This document shows, in pieces, positions 37,648-47,531 of a stretch of DNA of 64,000 nucleotides. The DNA is taken from NCBI GenBank assembly GCA_965140445.1, contig OZ223236.1:4576001-4640000 (forward strand), in the 5' to 3' direction. The notes below the pieces were generated by a model that was given only the letters and a program-made list of their open reading frames with translations, searched no databases and had not been told where the DNA came from. Both the position numbers and the translations under genes were made by a program. Positions within the stretch are counted from its first letter, which is position 1. Each line of letters starts with the position of its first letter. The stretch is from Candidatus Ozemobacteraceae bacterium. GTDB lineage: Bacteria > Muiribacteriota > Ozemobacteria > Ozemobacterales > Ozemobacteraceae.

Positions 37648-39948
37648 ATGGAACAAAATTTAAAATTTAAGGGTTTTACCCTTGATCCCTTTCAAACGCA
37701 GGCAATCGAAGAGCTTGACCAGGGACACTCTCTGGTTTTATCCGCCCCTACCGGTTCTGGAAAAACACTTATAGCAGAATATCTCATTGAAAAGGTTTTA
37801 AAAACTGACAAGAGAATTATTTATACCTCTCCAATAAAAGCGTTATCCAACCAGAAATATCGCGATTTTTCCCGTGAATATGGCGATAAAATAGGGATTT
37901 TAACTGGTGATGTGGTTATCAACCGCGACGCTCAGGCTTTGATTGTAACGACTGAAGTATACCGCAACATGGCAATAGAAGATCCGGAAGCCATAGCTGA
38001 CGTTTCATATGTTGTTTTTGATGAAATTCACTATCTCGGAGATATCGAAAGAGGTACTGTATGGGAAGAATCAATTATTTTTTCACCCAAAACAGTTCGA
38101 TTCCTTGCTTTATCTGCGACTATCCCCAACTGCGCTCAACTGGCGGCATGGATAGAATCCGTAATAGACCATAAAGTTTCTGTAATCAGCCACAATAACC
38201 GAGCTGTTCCACTTTCTTATATTTTCTTCTATAACCGACAGCTTCTTGATTTTAAAGAACTTAGAAAAAAGCTTAGAAATACGCCAAGTAAATCTTTCCT
38301 TCCAGTTGATAAGCGCAAGCAAAGAAAAGAAGGAGAAACTCGTCACTTTGAAATTATTCGGCAGCTTCGCAATCAGGACCGTCTCCCCCTGCTCTATTTT
38401 GTTTTTTCAAGAGCTTTGGCAGACAAGTATTCTCAGGATTGCTCAAAATATTTTGATTTTACTTCAGTCTCTGAGAAAAAAGAAATTGAGGAGCTTGTAG
38501 ATAACTGTATTGAAAAATATAACCTCCATAATCTTGAAACAGCTGGCAAGTTAAAGGAAGAGCTGATGGTAGGTGTTGGCCGTCACCATGCTGGTCTGAT
38601 GCCTCAATTAAAAGAGCTGGTAGAAATCCTTTTTGCCAAGAGAATTGTTAAAGTTCTTTTTGTAACAGAAACCTTTGCAGTTGGCGTAAACATGCCTGCA
38701 AGAAGTGTTGCTTACGATGCCCTGAAGAAGTATGATGGCAGGAGTTTTAGACCAATGCAGTCATTAGAATTCTGTCAGATTTCAGGTAGAGCTGGTCGCA
38801 GAGGAATTGATGAAACGGGCTACGTGGTTGTTCCTCATATTTCAAGAGATCTTAGTTTTGATGAACTACAAACACTGGTGTACGGCGACATCGAATATCT
38901 GGAAAGCCAATTCGATCTTTCTTTCAATAGTGTTTTAAACCTGTTTTCGGGACATAAATCAGAAGAAGTCCGTCTTATTTTAAAAAGAAACTTTGCTCAA
39001 TTCCAGGCTAATGGAAAGTTACCTGAAATTGCCAAGAAAGTTGCTCAGTTTCGTGAAGAACTTGAACATTCAGGATATAAGTGCCACGAAAAAGAGAGTG
39101 ATCTGGATGCATTCATGGAATTAGCCAAAAAACGGCAACAAGTTATAAACACCATGAATCAGCAATTTAACCAGATAAAGGGCGGATTAAGAGGTCGAAA
39201 AGGTCGACAGCAGCAAGCTCAGATAAAGAAAAGGTTTTCCGGAATTTTGGATGAGCTAAAAGCCAAAGAAGAGCAATTCTTCTGTGGAAAGTGTAAAAAC
39301 AAAGGCAAATGCATTTCCAAATACAACCAGGCCGCCAGATTAAAAAATAAGCTGAACTACTGGAAAAATATTCTGGAAGAACAAGAAGAATTGCAGCTGC
39401 CAATCTATGAAAGAAAGCTTGAAATCTTACGCCAACTTGGATATCTCGACGACAGAGGCCTTCTTGCAAGAGGAGAAATTGCTTCAAGAATTCATATTCA
39501 CGAAATAGCTGTAACAGAGCTCTATTTCCAGGGCTACTTTCACGAATGTGACAACTATGAAATCAATGCCCTGTGCCTCGCACTTATTTATGAACATCGA
39601 CGGCGCCCAACAAACGGAAACTCTCAAGTCAGGCTACGTCTTCCAGAAAAAATAAAAAGTGCCAGAGGTTATGTAAATAGCCTGGTAAGGCAATATCCAT
39701 TTATTGAGCCTATTGATCCAAGGCTTTCAGAAATAATGATCGACTGGAGCAAAGGTGAGGAATTCGAAAACATCATGAGACGCACCGACCTTCCCGAAGG
39801 TGATTTAATTAGAGCATTCAGGCAAACTATTGATCTAATTAAGCAAATTCGCGATGCGATAAAGGATCAGAGTCTCAAGGACAAACTTTTGAAATCTATT
39901 GATTTGATAAATCGAGACATCATTCTTGCTACGGAGCTTAGAGATTAA
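37648..39948 (+). CDS. helY: Ski2-like DEAD/DEAH RNA helicase (HelY family)
   Basis: LDPFQ, APTGSGKT, PIKALSNQKY, DEIH, LSAT, HHAGL, TETFAVGVNMPA, QISGRAGRRG, C-terminal EGDLIR (DSHCT-like); start 37648. Confidence 0.92.
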   Translation: MEQNLKFKGFTLDPFQTQAIEELDQGHSLVLSAPTGSGKTLIAEYLIEKVLKTDKRIIYTSPIKALSNQKYRDFSREYGDKIGILTGDVVINRDAQALIVTTEVYRNMAIEDPEAIADVSYVVFDEIHYLGDIERGTVWEESIIFSPKTVRFLALSATIPNCAQLAAWIESVIDHKVSVISHNNRAVPLSYIFFYNRQLLDFKELRKKLRNTPSKSFLPVDKRKQRKEGETRHFEIIRQLRNQDRLPLLYFVFSRALADKYSQDCSKYFDFTSVSEKKEIEELVDNCIEKYNLHNLETAGKLKEELMVGVGRHHAGLMPQLKELVEILFAKRIVKVLFVTETFAVGVNMPARSVAYDALKKYDGRSFRPMQSLEFCQISGRAGRRGIDETGYVVVPHISRDLSFDELQTLVYGDIEYLESQFDLSFNSVLNLFSGHKSEEVRLILKRNFAQFQANGKLPEIAKKVAQFREELEHSGYKCHEKESDLDAFMELAKKRQQVINTMNQQFNQIKGGLRGRKGRQQQAQIKKRFSGILDELKAKEEQFFCGKCKNKGKCISKYNQAARLKNKLNYWKNILEEQEELQLPIYERKLEILRQLGYLDDRGLLARGEIASRIHIHEIAVTELYFQGYFHECDNYEINALCLALIYEHRRRPTNGNSQVRLRLPEKIKSARGYVNSLVRQYPFIEPIDPRLSEIMIDWSKGEEFENIMRRTDLPEGDLIRAFRQTIDLIKQIRDAIKDQSLKDKLLKSIDLINRDIILATELRD

Positions 39949-40400
39949 TGACTTCAGGTTCAGAAAAGATAAAAGAGATCCAGAGCTTCTCTCCAGAAGA
40001 CACATTTAATGCCGGGTTTAAAATAGCTCAAGAATTTCCCAGATCTCTAATTCTTTTAAATGGGCAACTTGGCGCTGGCAAGACACACTTTGCCAGAGGG
40101 TTTACTGCTGGAATTGGTATAGAACAACAGGTTTCCAGCCCATCATATACTCTGGTAAATGAATATAGAAGTGCTGAGAAAACCGTTTATCACATGGATC
40201 TGTATAGAATCAACTGCTTTGAAGAAGTCGTCGATATTGGACTTTTTGAAATTTTAGAAGCTGGAGACCCATGTCTGATTGAATGGGCTGAAAAACTTAA
40301 TGAGTTAACCTTTCAAAAGCATGTATTAGTTTCGATTAAGGTTGCTTCAGATGAAAAAAGAACCATCTCCTATCAGGAAAAAGAAGGAAAAAAGGCATGA
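39948..40400 (+). CDS. tsaE: tRNA threonylcarbamoyladenosine biosynthesis ATPase
   Basis: GQLGAGKT, VSSPSYTL, HMDLYR, IEWAE. Confidence 0.96.
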   Translation: MTSGSEKIKEIQSFSPEDTFNAGFKIAQEFPRSLILLNGQLGAGKTHFARGFTAGIGIEQQVSSPSYTLVNEYRSAEKTVYHMDLYRINCFEEVVDIGLFEILEAGDPCLIEWAEKLNELTFQKHVLVSIKVASDEKRTISYQEKEGKKA

Positions 40401-41035
40401 AGTATCTATTCATTGATGGATCACACTCTATTACTTATGCCCAGGTTGGAAAAGGCGAAACTTTTCAAACAAAGTCTTTTGATACCAAAAGATGCCTTGC
40501 GGGGAAAATAAGCTCTATTTGCGATGAAATGTTGCAATTGGCAAATATCTCCAAAAATGATTTGGATATTTTTGCCGTTGGAACTGGTCCAGGAAGCCTG
40601 ACGGGAATTAGAGTAGCGTGCTCTTTCTTTAGGACCTGCTCTTTATTGACCAAAAAACCTTTGCTTGATATTAGTCTTTTTGAATGGGCCTTTGAAACCC
40701 TTAAAGAACAAGGTGAAGCAAATGAAGCCAGAATTATTATTCCAACACTTATTGATAAAGCATTTGCTTTGGACTTGAATCTCGACCTGAACATAGATTT
40801 TTCGGAAGTAAAGCCAACACTGGTCAATTTAAAAGGAATTGATTCATCAAAGAAAAATTTTGGGGTTGGGTATCAAGCTGAAAACATTACCCAAATCTCA
40901 CTTTCTGATAAAGCGATAAACAAAATTATAAGAAGTAAAAATCTAAATTCAAACTTTGACATGGAAAACCTGTTAAAGGTTCTTCCAATGTATATTATAC
41001 CTTCACAGGCTGAAAGAAAGTTATTGGAAAAATGA
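40397..41035 (+). CDS. tsaB: tRNA threonylcarbamoyladenosine biosynthesis protein TsaB
   Basis: LFIDGS, AVGTGPGSLTGIRV, PMYI..SQAE; lies between tsaE and tsaD. Confidence 0.88.
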   Translation: MKYLFIDGSHSITYAQVGKGETFQTKSFDTKRCLAGKISSICDEMLQLANISKNDLDIFAVGTGPGSLTGIRVACSFFRTCSLLTKKPLLDISLFEWAFETLKEQGEANEARIIIPTLIDKAFALDLNLDLNIDFSEVKPTLVNLKGIDSSKKNFGVGYQAENITQISLSDKAINKIIRSKNLNSNFDMENLLKVLPMYIIPSQAERKLLEK

Positions 41036-42054
41036 TTACATTAGGTATTGAGTCTTCATGCGATGATACATCAGTTGCAGTCGTAAAAGATGGCATTGAT
41101 ATTTTATCAAGCATTATCTCTTCGCAAATTGAAATACATAAAAGATTTGGTGGAGTTGTCCCAGAAGTTGCTTCCAGAAAGCACCTGGAGGCAATTCTTC
41201 CGCTTCTGAACCAGGCAATAGAAAAAGCAGGCATAGCATTGGATGATGTTGATCAGATTGCAGTAACAGCTGGCCCTGGCCTGCTAGGTCCACTCTTAAT
41301 TGGTCTAAGCACAGCCAAAGCCATTGCTTGGATGACAGGAAAACCACTAATTCCAGTAAATCACATTGAAGCTCATTTGACCGCAGCTTTTTTAAGCAAT
41401 GGCATAGCCCCAAAATACCCCTATCTGGGTCTAATCGTTTCAGGCGGACATTCAAATCTTGTTCATGTTACAGAGCAAGGGAAATACAATATTCTTGGAT
41501 ACACTATTGACGATGCACCTGGAGAATTATTTGATAAGATTTCAAGATTTCTAGGACTCGGTTATCCGGGTGGCCCAGCTATCCAGAAAATGGGAGAATC
41601 AGGTGATCCTGATAAATACAGCCTCCCAAGACCTATGTCTGGTAAAGGATACTTGTTTAGCTTTAGCGGTTTAAAAACGGCAGCGATAAGAGTGGCACAG
41701 GCCGAAGGGGAAAAACTTGATATTCCTTCACTCTGTGCGAGCCTTCAAAAGGCTGTGGCAGAAACTTTTTACAATAAAACTAAATTAGCACTAAAAGAAA
41801 CTAAAGCAAAAAGGCTGGTCCTGGCTGGAGGAGTTGCAGCGAACTCGGTTTTGCGTGAATCATTTTCTCACCTTGCAAAAAAATATCGAGCTGAATTGCT
41901 TCTTCCGAGCTTACATCTATGCACTGACAACGCAGCAATGATTGCGGCACATGGCCATTTTGCAAATAAACAAATTCAGGATATTGAACTTGCTTCAAAT
42001 TCTGTGTCGAATTGGGAGATGGGCAAACCTCTTCCAGATTGGGATAAGAAATGA
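41032..42054 (+). CDS. tsaD: tRNA N6-adenosine threonylcarbamoyltransferase
   Basis: LGIESSCDDT, GGVVPEVASRKH, VNHIEAH, VSGGH, DDAPGE, AGGVAAN, CTDNAAMI. Confidence 0.97.
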   Translation: MITLGIESSCDDTSVAVVKDGIDILSSIISSQIEIHKRFGGVVPEVASRKHLEAILPLLNQAIEKAGIALDDVDQIAVTAGPGLLGPLLIGLSTAKAIAWMTGKPLIPVNHIEAHLTAAFLSNGIAPKYPYLGLIVSGGHSNLVHVTEQGKYNILGYTIDDAPGELFDKISRFLGLGYPGGPAIQKMGESGDPDKYSLPRPMSGKGYLFSFSGLKTAAIRVAQAEGEKLDIPSLCASLQKAVAETFYNKTKLALKETKAKRLVLAGGVAANSVLRESFSHLAKKYRAELLLPSLHLCTDNAAMIAAHGHFANKQIQDIELASNSVSNWEMGKPLPDWDKK

Positions 42055-43934
42055 AAACAGGAAAAATTAGAATTCTACCAGAAGATGTAATTTGTAGAAT
42101 TGCGGCAGGCGAGGTCGTAGAAAGACCTGCGTCTGTAGTAAAAGAACTGATAGAAAACTCAATTGACGCAAAATCCAGCAAAATTGAAGTTGAAATAAAA
42201 GAAGGCGGTCAGAAACTGATCGAAATTTCGGATAATGGCGAAGGAATGAATGCCCAGGACGCCATGTTGGCATTTACTCCACATGCTACAAGCAAAATTA
42301 CCTCAGACGTTGATCTTGATAATATTTCATCACTAGGTTTCAGAGGAGAGGCTTTGCCAACAGTAGCTTCTGTTTCAAGAGTTACTTTGGTTACCAGAAA
42401 TCAGGACGAAGAAATCGGAACAAGAATTCAAATTGACGGTGGCAAAATATCGTCGTCAGACACAGTTAACCACCCCCAAGGAACCAGAATTCAAATAAAA
42501 AACCTTTTTTATAATGTTCCTGCCCGACGAAAATTTCTTAAATCGGTTCAGTCTGAAATGGCGCAAATTTCCGATATAGTTTGCCACTACATGATGGGTT
42601 ACCCCGAAATTGCTTTTAAGTTTTCAAAAAACAATATTTCTTTAGCTCACACCAACGGCTCCGGCAACCTTATAGACTCAATACTGGCCGTTTATGGCCC
42701 TGAAGTTACCAGAACTCTGATTCCGTTAAAAGAACCATCCAGCATAGCAGGAACGGGGATTTCTCTTAAAGGCTACATCTCGCCACCAAATGAAGCCCGC
42801 TCTTCATCAAGGTATATGACAACTCTTGTAAACAGGAGATATGTAAAAACCAAACTTCTGTCACAAGCTATTAGCAAAGCTATCTCAGCCTTTTTTCCAA
42901 AGGGAAGATATCCGGTGCTGGTCCTGGATCTGCGCATGCCACCAGCAATGTTAGACGTAAATGTCCATCCGCAAAAAACCGAAGTTAAGTTTAAAGATGA
43001 AAGATGGCTATTTGGGATAATATGGGAAACAATCCAGGCAAGCCTTTCAGGTCTTAGAATGGTTTCTGCCCCATCATACCCCTCAAATTCCAACAAAAGC
43101 ACTTCAAACCATGAGATAGCAGACCTACCTTCATTGAATCATGATAACGAAAGTTCTTATTACGATTCTGGAAAATCAGTGCCCAGTAACGTCACAATGT
43201 TTCCACCTCAGAACTCAATCACAAATATAGAATCATCGGACCCATCCTATAGTGGTGGAGCTAAAATCTATGATATAAAGGGGCATCAGGAAAAAGGTCA
43301 GCTCGGCAGTAATCCATCTCAACCTTCTGCGGCAAGCCTAAGCCCGGTAAGAACCTTATCCTCTCCCAACATCCTGGCACAACTAAAGAACTCCTATTTA
43401 CTAGGGGAAGATAATGACGGACTTTTCATTGTAGACCAGCATGCCGCACATGAGAGAATTCTTTTTGACCAATATACGGAAGCCTTTAAAAATACGAAAA
43501 TCGTGGCCCAACCTCTCCTTTTTCCAATCCCTTTAAAGCTTCTTCCGTCCGAGCGTCTTATTGTTAAAGACCAGCTTGATGAGTTAAAAGAACTTGGGTT
43601 TTCGATACAGGAAGAAGAAGATGGGCAATTTTATGCTACAGCAGTTCCTATTCCTGATAGTAAAACCTCAGAAGAAAACAGCATTCAGGACGTATTGTCC
43701 CAAATTTTGAATGGCTGGGAAAGTCGTTCCCTTGAAGAAATAAAAGTAGATCTGTTGAAAATGATGGCTTGTAAAGCTGCTGTGAAAGCTGGAGATCCCC
43801 TTGCAGAGTCTGAATGGAATTCACTTCTTGATCAACTTTTGAAAACAGAAAATCCGTTTACCTGTCCTCACGGAAGGCCAATTGTTGTAAGACTTACAAC
43901 TCGCCAGATAGAAAATGGATTCTTAAGAACCTAG
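42051..43934 (+). CDS. mutL: DNA mismatch repair endonuclease MutL
   Basis: IAAGEVVERPASVVKELIENSIDA, GFRGEAL, DVNVHPQK, DQHAAHER, ACKAA, CPHGRP. Confidence 0.98.
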   Translation: MKTGKIRILPEDVICRIAAGEVVERPASVVKELIENSIDAKSSKIEVEIKEGGQKLIEISDNGEGMNAQDAMLAFTPHATSKITSDVDLDNISSLGFRGEALPTVASVSRVTLVTRNQDEEIGTRIQIDGGKISSSDTVNHPQGTRIQIKNLFYNVPARRKFLKSVQSEMAQISDIVCHYMMGYPEIAFKFSKNNISLAHTNGSGNLIDSILAVYGPEVTRTLIPLKEPSSIAGTGISLKGYISPPNEARSSSRYMTTLVNRRYVKTKLLSQAISKAISAFFPKGRYPVLVLDLRMPPAMLDVNVHPQKTEVKFKDERWLFGIIWETIQASLSGLRMVSAPSYPSNSNKSTSNHEIADLPSLNHDNESSYYDSGKSVPSNVTMFPPQNSITNIESSDPSYSGGAKIYDIKGHQEKGQLGSNPSQPSAASLSPVRTLSSPNILAQLKNSYLLGEDNDGLFIVDQHAAHERILFDQYTEAFKNTKIVAQPLLFPIPLKLLPSERLIVKDQLDELKELGFSIQEEEDGQFYATAVPIPDSKTSEENSIQDVLSQILNGWESRSLEEIKVDLLKMMACKAAVKAGDPLAESEWNSLLDQLLKTENPFTCPHGRPIVVRLTTRQIENGFLRT

Positions 43935-43938
43935 AATA

Positions 43939-44874
43939 ATGACAGCAAAAGAATCAAAACTTCCAATTCTTGCCATCCTCGGCCCGACTGCATCCGGAAA
44001 ATCTGCTTTAGCAATGGAATTAGCAGAATTACTTGGTGGAGAAATAGTAAATTGCGATTCCAGGCAAATTTATGAGGGAATGAATATAGGAACTGCTAAA
44101 CCTTCTGCAGGTGAAATGCAAAAAGTAAAACACCATCTGTTTAACTGCATAACGCCAGATCAAGAATTTAGCGCTGGAGACTACATAAAGTCTGCTGTTC
44201 CTGAGATAAAAAAACTGTGGGATAAAAAAAAGATTCCAATTTTGACCGGGGGAACTGGATTTTACTATTCTGCCATTTCTGAAGGTTTATCTGCAATTGG
44301 CAATGATGAAAAGTTAGTCAGTGAACTAAATGATACTTTTCGAGAAAAGGGAATTTCAGAGTTAGTAAAGATATTAAATGATGTTGATCCTCTTGCTGGA
44401 CAAAGAATTGATATAAATAATCCCAGAAGAATAATTCGGGCAATTGAAATTGTAAAAATATCTGGAAGGCCTCTGGCCGATGCTGTGCCAATTCCAGTTC
44501 TCCCTATGGCCAATTTTTTTCCTATTGTTGTTTCAAGACCTCGCGAAGAACTGCATAAACGTATCTTAGTTAGAATAGCTAAAATGATTGAGAGTGGACT
44601 TGAAAAGGAAGTTAAAGATTTAATAAAACTTTATGGAACAGATGCTCCCGGCCTAAAATCAATAGGTTATTCTGAGTGGATTCCTTTTTTCGAAAATAAA
44701 ATCGGAATAAATAAAGTTGCTGAAGAAATCCTTTTTCATACAAGGCAATATGCAAAAAGACAGTTAACTTGGTTCAGAAAACGGCCTGGAGTGCCAATTG
44801 AAGATCTGTCGATACCGAACAAAACTCAGGAGATTGTAAAAAAAACAGTTTCCCTTTTTAATGGTTTTTTCTAG
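43939..44874 (+). CDS. miaA: tRNA dimethylallyltransferase
   Basis: GPTASGKS, DSRQIY, IGTAKP, GGTGFY, RIIRAIE, TRQYAKRQLTWF. Confidence 0.97.
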   Translation: MTAKESKLPILAILGPTASGKSALAMELAELLGGEIVNCDSRQIYEGMNIGTAKPSAGEMQKVKHHLFNCITPDQEFSAGDYIKSAVPEIKKLWDKKKIPILTGGTGFYYSAISEGLSAIGNDEKLVSELNDTFREKGISELVKILNDVDPLAGQRIDINNPRRIIRAIEIVKISGRPLADAVPIPVLPMANFFPIVVSRPREELHKRILVRIAKMIESGLEKEVKDLIKLYGTDAPGLKSIGYSEWIPFFENKIGINKVAEEILFHTRQYAKRQLTWFRKRPGVPIEDLSIPNKTQEIVKKTVSLFNGFF

Positions 44875-45016
44875 AATAAAAATTATTCCCTTAAATCTGA
44901 ATAAGATTTGTGCCGATTAAGTATAAGAATTTAGCATATTTGTTATTTTCTACTGAGCAAAAGATTGCCCAAATCCTTGTTCAGGTTAACCCCCATGACC
45001 ATTTCGGAGGTATAAA

Positions 45017-46972
45017 TTGAGGGAGGCTACCGATCTAAGTATCAGCGCCGGAGTCAGACGAGACTTGTCTGGAAGACGCGTTGACTTAAGCAAACTAAAA
45101 TTCCCTGTTAAATCGGGGCATGTCACCCTGCAAGGTGAACTTGCTTTTGTAGGAATGGACAAGAACCCCGAAGAAACAGCAATAGAGTTAAAATTTATTG
45201 AATCCAGTTTAAAAGGAATCGCCGGTGTAAAGCAGGTTTCTTTTGAATTAGAGAACTGGAAGAAAAGCGAAGCAGGCGTTTGGGAATCCCCAAGTGCATC
45301 TGGCGCAAAATCTTCCGGGCCAGTAATTGCAGGCGACGGGATTTCCTGCCCTGATTGCGACTATGTAATCAGATTTTGCCCCTGCTGTGGCAAGCCGCTT
45401 TCTGGCGAAGGTGCGCATTATAAAGCAAAAGGCTCAAGACCTATACCTCCAATAAAGCCTATTGCAAGAAAAAAACGCCCAATGCCTCCGATCAAAATTA
45501 AACCTGTCACTCCAATTCCTGAACCAACTGAAGGCGAGCCTAAAAACGCAGCCCCATTTACTTCGCCCAAGCCTTTAAAACCAGTCATTTCACGACCTGT
45601 TCCGGAAAAACCAGAACCTGTTGATTCAGAAATAAAACCAGTGAAATTTCCAAGCCCAGCTTTTGAAAAACCAGAAGTTGAGAACAAAATAACTCCAATG
45701 CCACCTGTCGCTGATTTAAAACCAGCAGCGCCTGTGGCTCCGGTTGCTCCGGTTGCTCCGGCAATGCCTGTAGCTCCTGTAGCTCCTGAAGCGCCTGCCG
45801 CGCCGATAGATAGCAAGCCGCCGGAAATGAGCTTTGATGATTTACCGGAAATGGCGGCGCCTGTGGCTCCGGCTGCTCCGGCAATGCCTGTAGCACCTGA
45901 AGCACCTGCCGCGCCGATAGATAGCAAGCCGCCAGAAATGAGCTTTGATGATTTACCGGAAATGGCGGCGCCTGTGGCTCCGGTTGCTCCGGCAATGCCT
46001 GTAGCACCTGAAGCGCCTGTCGCGCCGATAGACAGCAAGCCGCCAGAAATGAGCTTTGATGATTTACCGGAAATGGCGGCGCCTGTGGCTCCGGCTGCTC
46101 CGGCAATGCCTGTAGCACCTGAAGCGCCTGCGGCGCCGATAGATAGCAAGCCGCCGGAAATGAGCTTTGATGATTTACCGGAAATGGCGGCGCCTGTGGC
46201 TCCGGTTGCTCCGGCAATGCCTGTAGCACCTGAAGCGCCTGCAGCGCCGATAGACAGCAAGCCGCCGGAAATGAGCTTTGATGATTTACCGGAAATGGCG
46301 GCGCCTGTGGCTCCGGCTGCTCCGGCAATGCCTGCAGCACCTGAAGCGCCTGCGGCACCGATAAATCAGGCACCAGCCATAGATTTTGGGGAAGTAAGCG
46401 GTCTTTCTTCTTCGGAAAACTTTAATCAACCACAAAGTCCGTTTGACTTTGGAGGATTAACAGATGATGACGACACACCTCTTCCGCCCATGAAAGCTCC
46501 AGCTCCTGGAGCAACATCTGCTACTCCACCATCAAATCAGGCTCCAGCTTCTGATCCTTTTAATCTTGGTTCATGGGAAGAAGACGATGATGACACGCCA
46601 CTTCCTCCAATGAAACCAGCAGCGCCTCCCCCACTAAAACAAACTCAGTCTAACGACCCATTTGCCTCATTGTTCTCTGACAATGACGATTCCTCTACCC
46701 CATCTTTTAACCAGCCGCAGAGTGCTGATCCATTCAGTAATTTGAACCTTGACCTCGACGTATTAGAAGTATTCCCGGGTGGAGACAATCAGAATTCGTC
46801 TTCAGAACCATTCCAGCAAAAACCACAATCACCAACAGATTCAAGTATTCCTGGAAGCGATAATGGCTTTTTTGATCTGGATGCTCCTTTACCAGATGAT
46901 AAATCTAAAGACAAAAAGGATAAGGATCCTTTTTCGCTTGACGATTTTGACATAAGTAAATTTAAAATCTGA
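45017..46972 (+). CDS. BON-like + zinc-ribbon protein with long Pro/Ala/acidic low-complexity repeat region
   Basis: RBS GGAGG + TTG; D.SI...V...L...VD...GHVTLQG...GIAGVKQV (BON-like); CPDC..FCPCCG; 37-aa repeats; acidic DPF tail. Confidence 0.7.
   Translation: MREATDLSISAGVRRDLSGRRVDLSKLKFPVKSGHVTLQGELAFVGMDKNPEETAIELKFIESSLKGIAGVKQVSFELENWKKSEAGVWESPSASGAKSSGPVIAGDGISCPDCDYVIRFCPCCGKPLSGEGAHYKAKGSRPIPPIKPIARKKRPMPPIKIKPVTPIPEPTEGEPKNAAPFTSPKPLKPVISRPVPEKPEPVDSEIKPVKFPSPAFEKPEVENKITPMPPVADLKPAAPVAPVAPVAPAMPVAPVAPEAPAAPIDSKPPEMSFDDLPEMAAPVAPAAPAMPVAPEAPAAPIDSKPPEMSFDDLPEMAAPVAPVAPAMPVAPEAPVAPIDSKPPEMSFDDLPEMAAPVAPAAPAMPVAPEAPAAPIDSKPPEMSFDDLPEMAAPVAPVAPAMPVAPEAPAAPIDSKPPEMSFDDLPEMAAPVAPAAPAMPAAPEAPAAPINQAPAIDFGEVSGLSSSENFNQPQSPFDFGGLTDDDDTPLPPMKAPAPGATSATPPSNQAPASDPFNLGSWEEDDDDTPLPPMKPAAPPPLKQTQSNDPFASLFSDNDDSSTPSFNQPQSADPFSNLNLDLDVLEVFPGGDNQNSSSEPFQQKPQSPTDSSIPGSDNGFFDLDAPLPDDKSKDKKDKDPFSLDDFDISKFKI
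45728..46361 (+). repeat. Intragenic 111-bp (37-aa) tandem repeat, about 5.7 copies
   Basis: ATGGCGGCGCCTGTGGCTCCGG recurs at 45851, 45962, 46073, 46184, 46295; unit MAAPVAP(A/V)APAMPVAPEAPAAPIDSKPPEMSFDDLPE. Confidence 0.97.
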
Positions 46973-46982
46973 GGTGTTGTAG

Positions 46983-47438
46983 ATGAAATTTTTTCATCCT
47001 GTTTTCATGCTGGTCATAATTGGCTACTTCTTCATGCTCCGAAAAAAAGCAGTTGAGGCTCTGGAAATTAATCCAAAATCCCCTGAAGCAGGGAAAATAA
47101 AAGAATTGGCTGCAGAACATAAAAAAATGGGACAAATTCTTACAGGTTTTATTTTAATGGGATTGATCGGTGGAATAGCTTCAGTTAAGATGTTTTTTCC
47201 AGGAGTTGAACCATTTATAAGAACCTACGGACATGGCTTTATTGGATTAATTATTCTTTCCTTTACCATAACTAATCTTTTTATAGGCAAAGCTTTATCA
47301 AAGGCCATTAAAGAAAAAAACAAAAAAGGACTTTTTAATTTCCATACCGGCATATTCTATCTTGTAATGATTTTGTCCGCTTTTTCTGCTCTCACAGGCA
47401 CTTACATACTAATGTACGGTCCTTCTTCAGGAAGTTAA
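46983..47438 (+). CDS. Four-TM His-containing membrane protein (DUF4079-like)
   Basis: FFHP, HKKMG, GHGFIG, FHTG: His in each helix, cytochrome b561-like pattern. Confidence 0.6.
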   Translation: MKFFHPVFMLVIIGYFFMLRKKAVEALEINPKSPEAGKIKELAAEHKKMGQILTGFILMGLIGGIASVKMFFPGVEPFIRTYGHGFIGLIILSFTITNLFIGKALSKAIKEKNKKGLFNFHTGIFYLVMILSAFSALTGTYILMYGPSSGS

Positions 47439-47462
47439 ACTTAAAAACATTTAAAATTAGAC

Positions 47463-47504
47463 CATGCCTTTCTTTGCTAGTTAAAGAAAGGCATGTTATT
47501 TTTT
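47463..47504 (+). terminator. Rho-independent terminator
   Basis: CATGCCTTTCTTT-GCTAGTT-AAAGAAAGGCATG (13-bp perfect stem) followed by TTATTTTTT. Confidence 0.7.
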
Positions 47505-47531
47505 AGCTGAATAAATATGCGGAGGACTCAA

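Noticed and set aside
45728..46361. Possible CRISPR array
   Set aside because: Units are contiguous 111-bp in-frame coding repeats with no unique spacers, and there are no cas genes
45418..46373. Antisense ORFs 45418-46260 (collagen-like Gly-X-Y) and 45585-46373
   Set aside because: Mirror of the Pro-every-third-residue repeat on the + strand (CCN reads as Gly in antisense); no RBS or signal peptide; the + ORF has an RBS and recognisable domains
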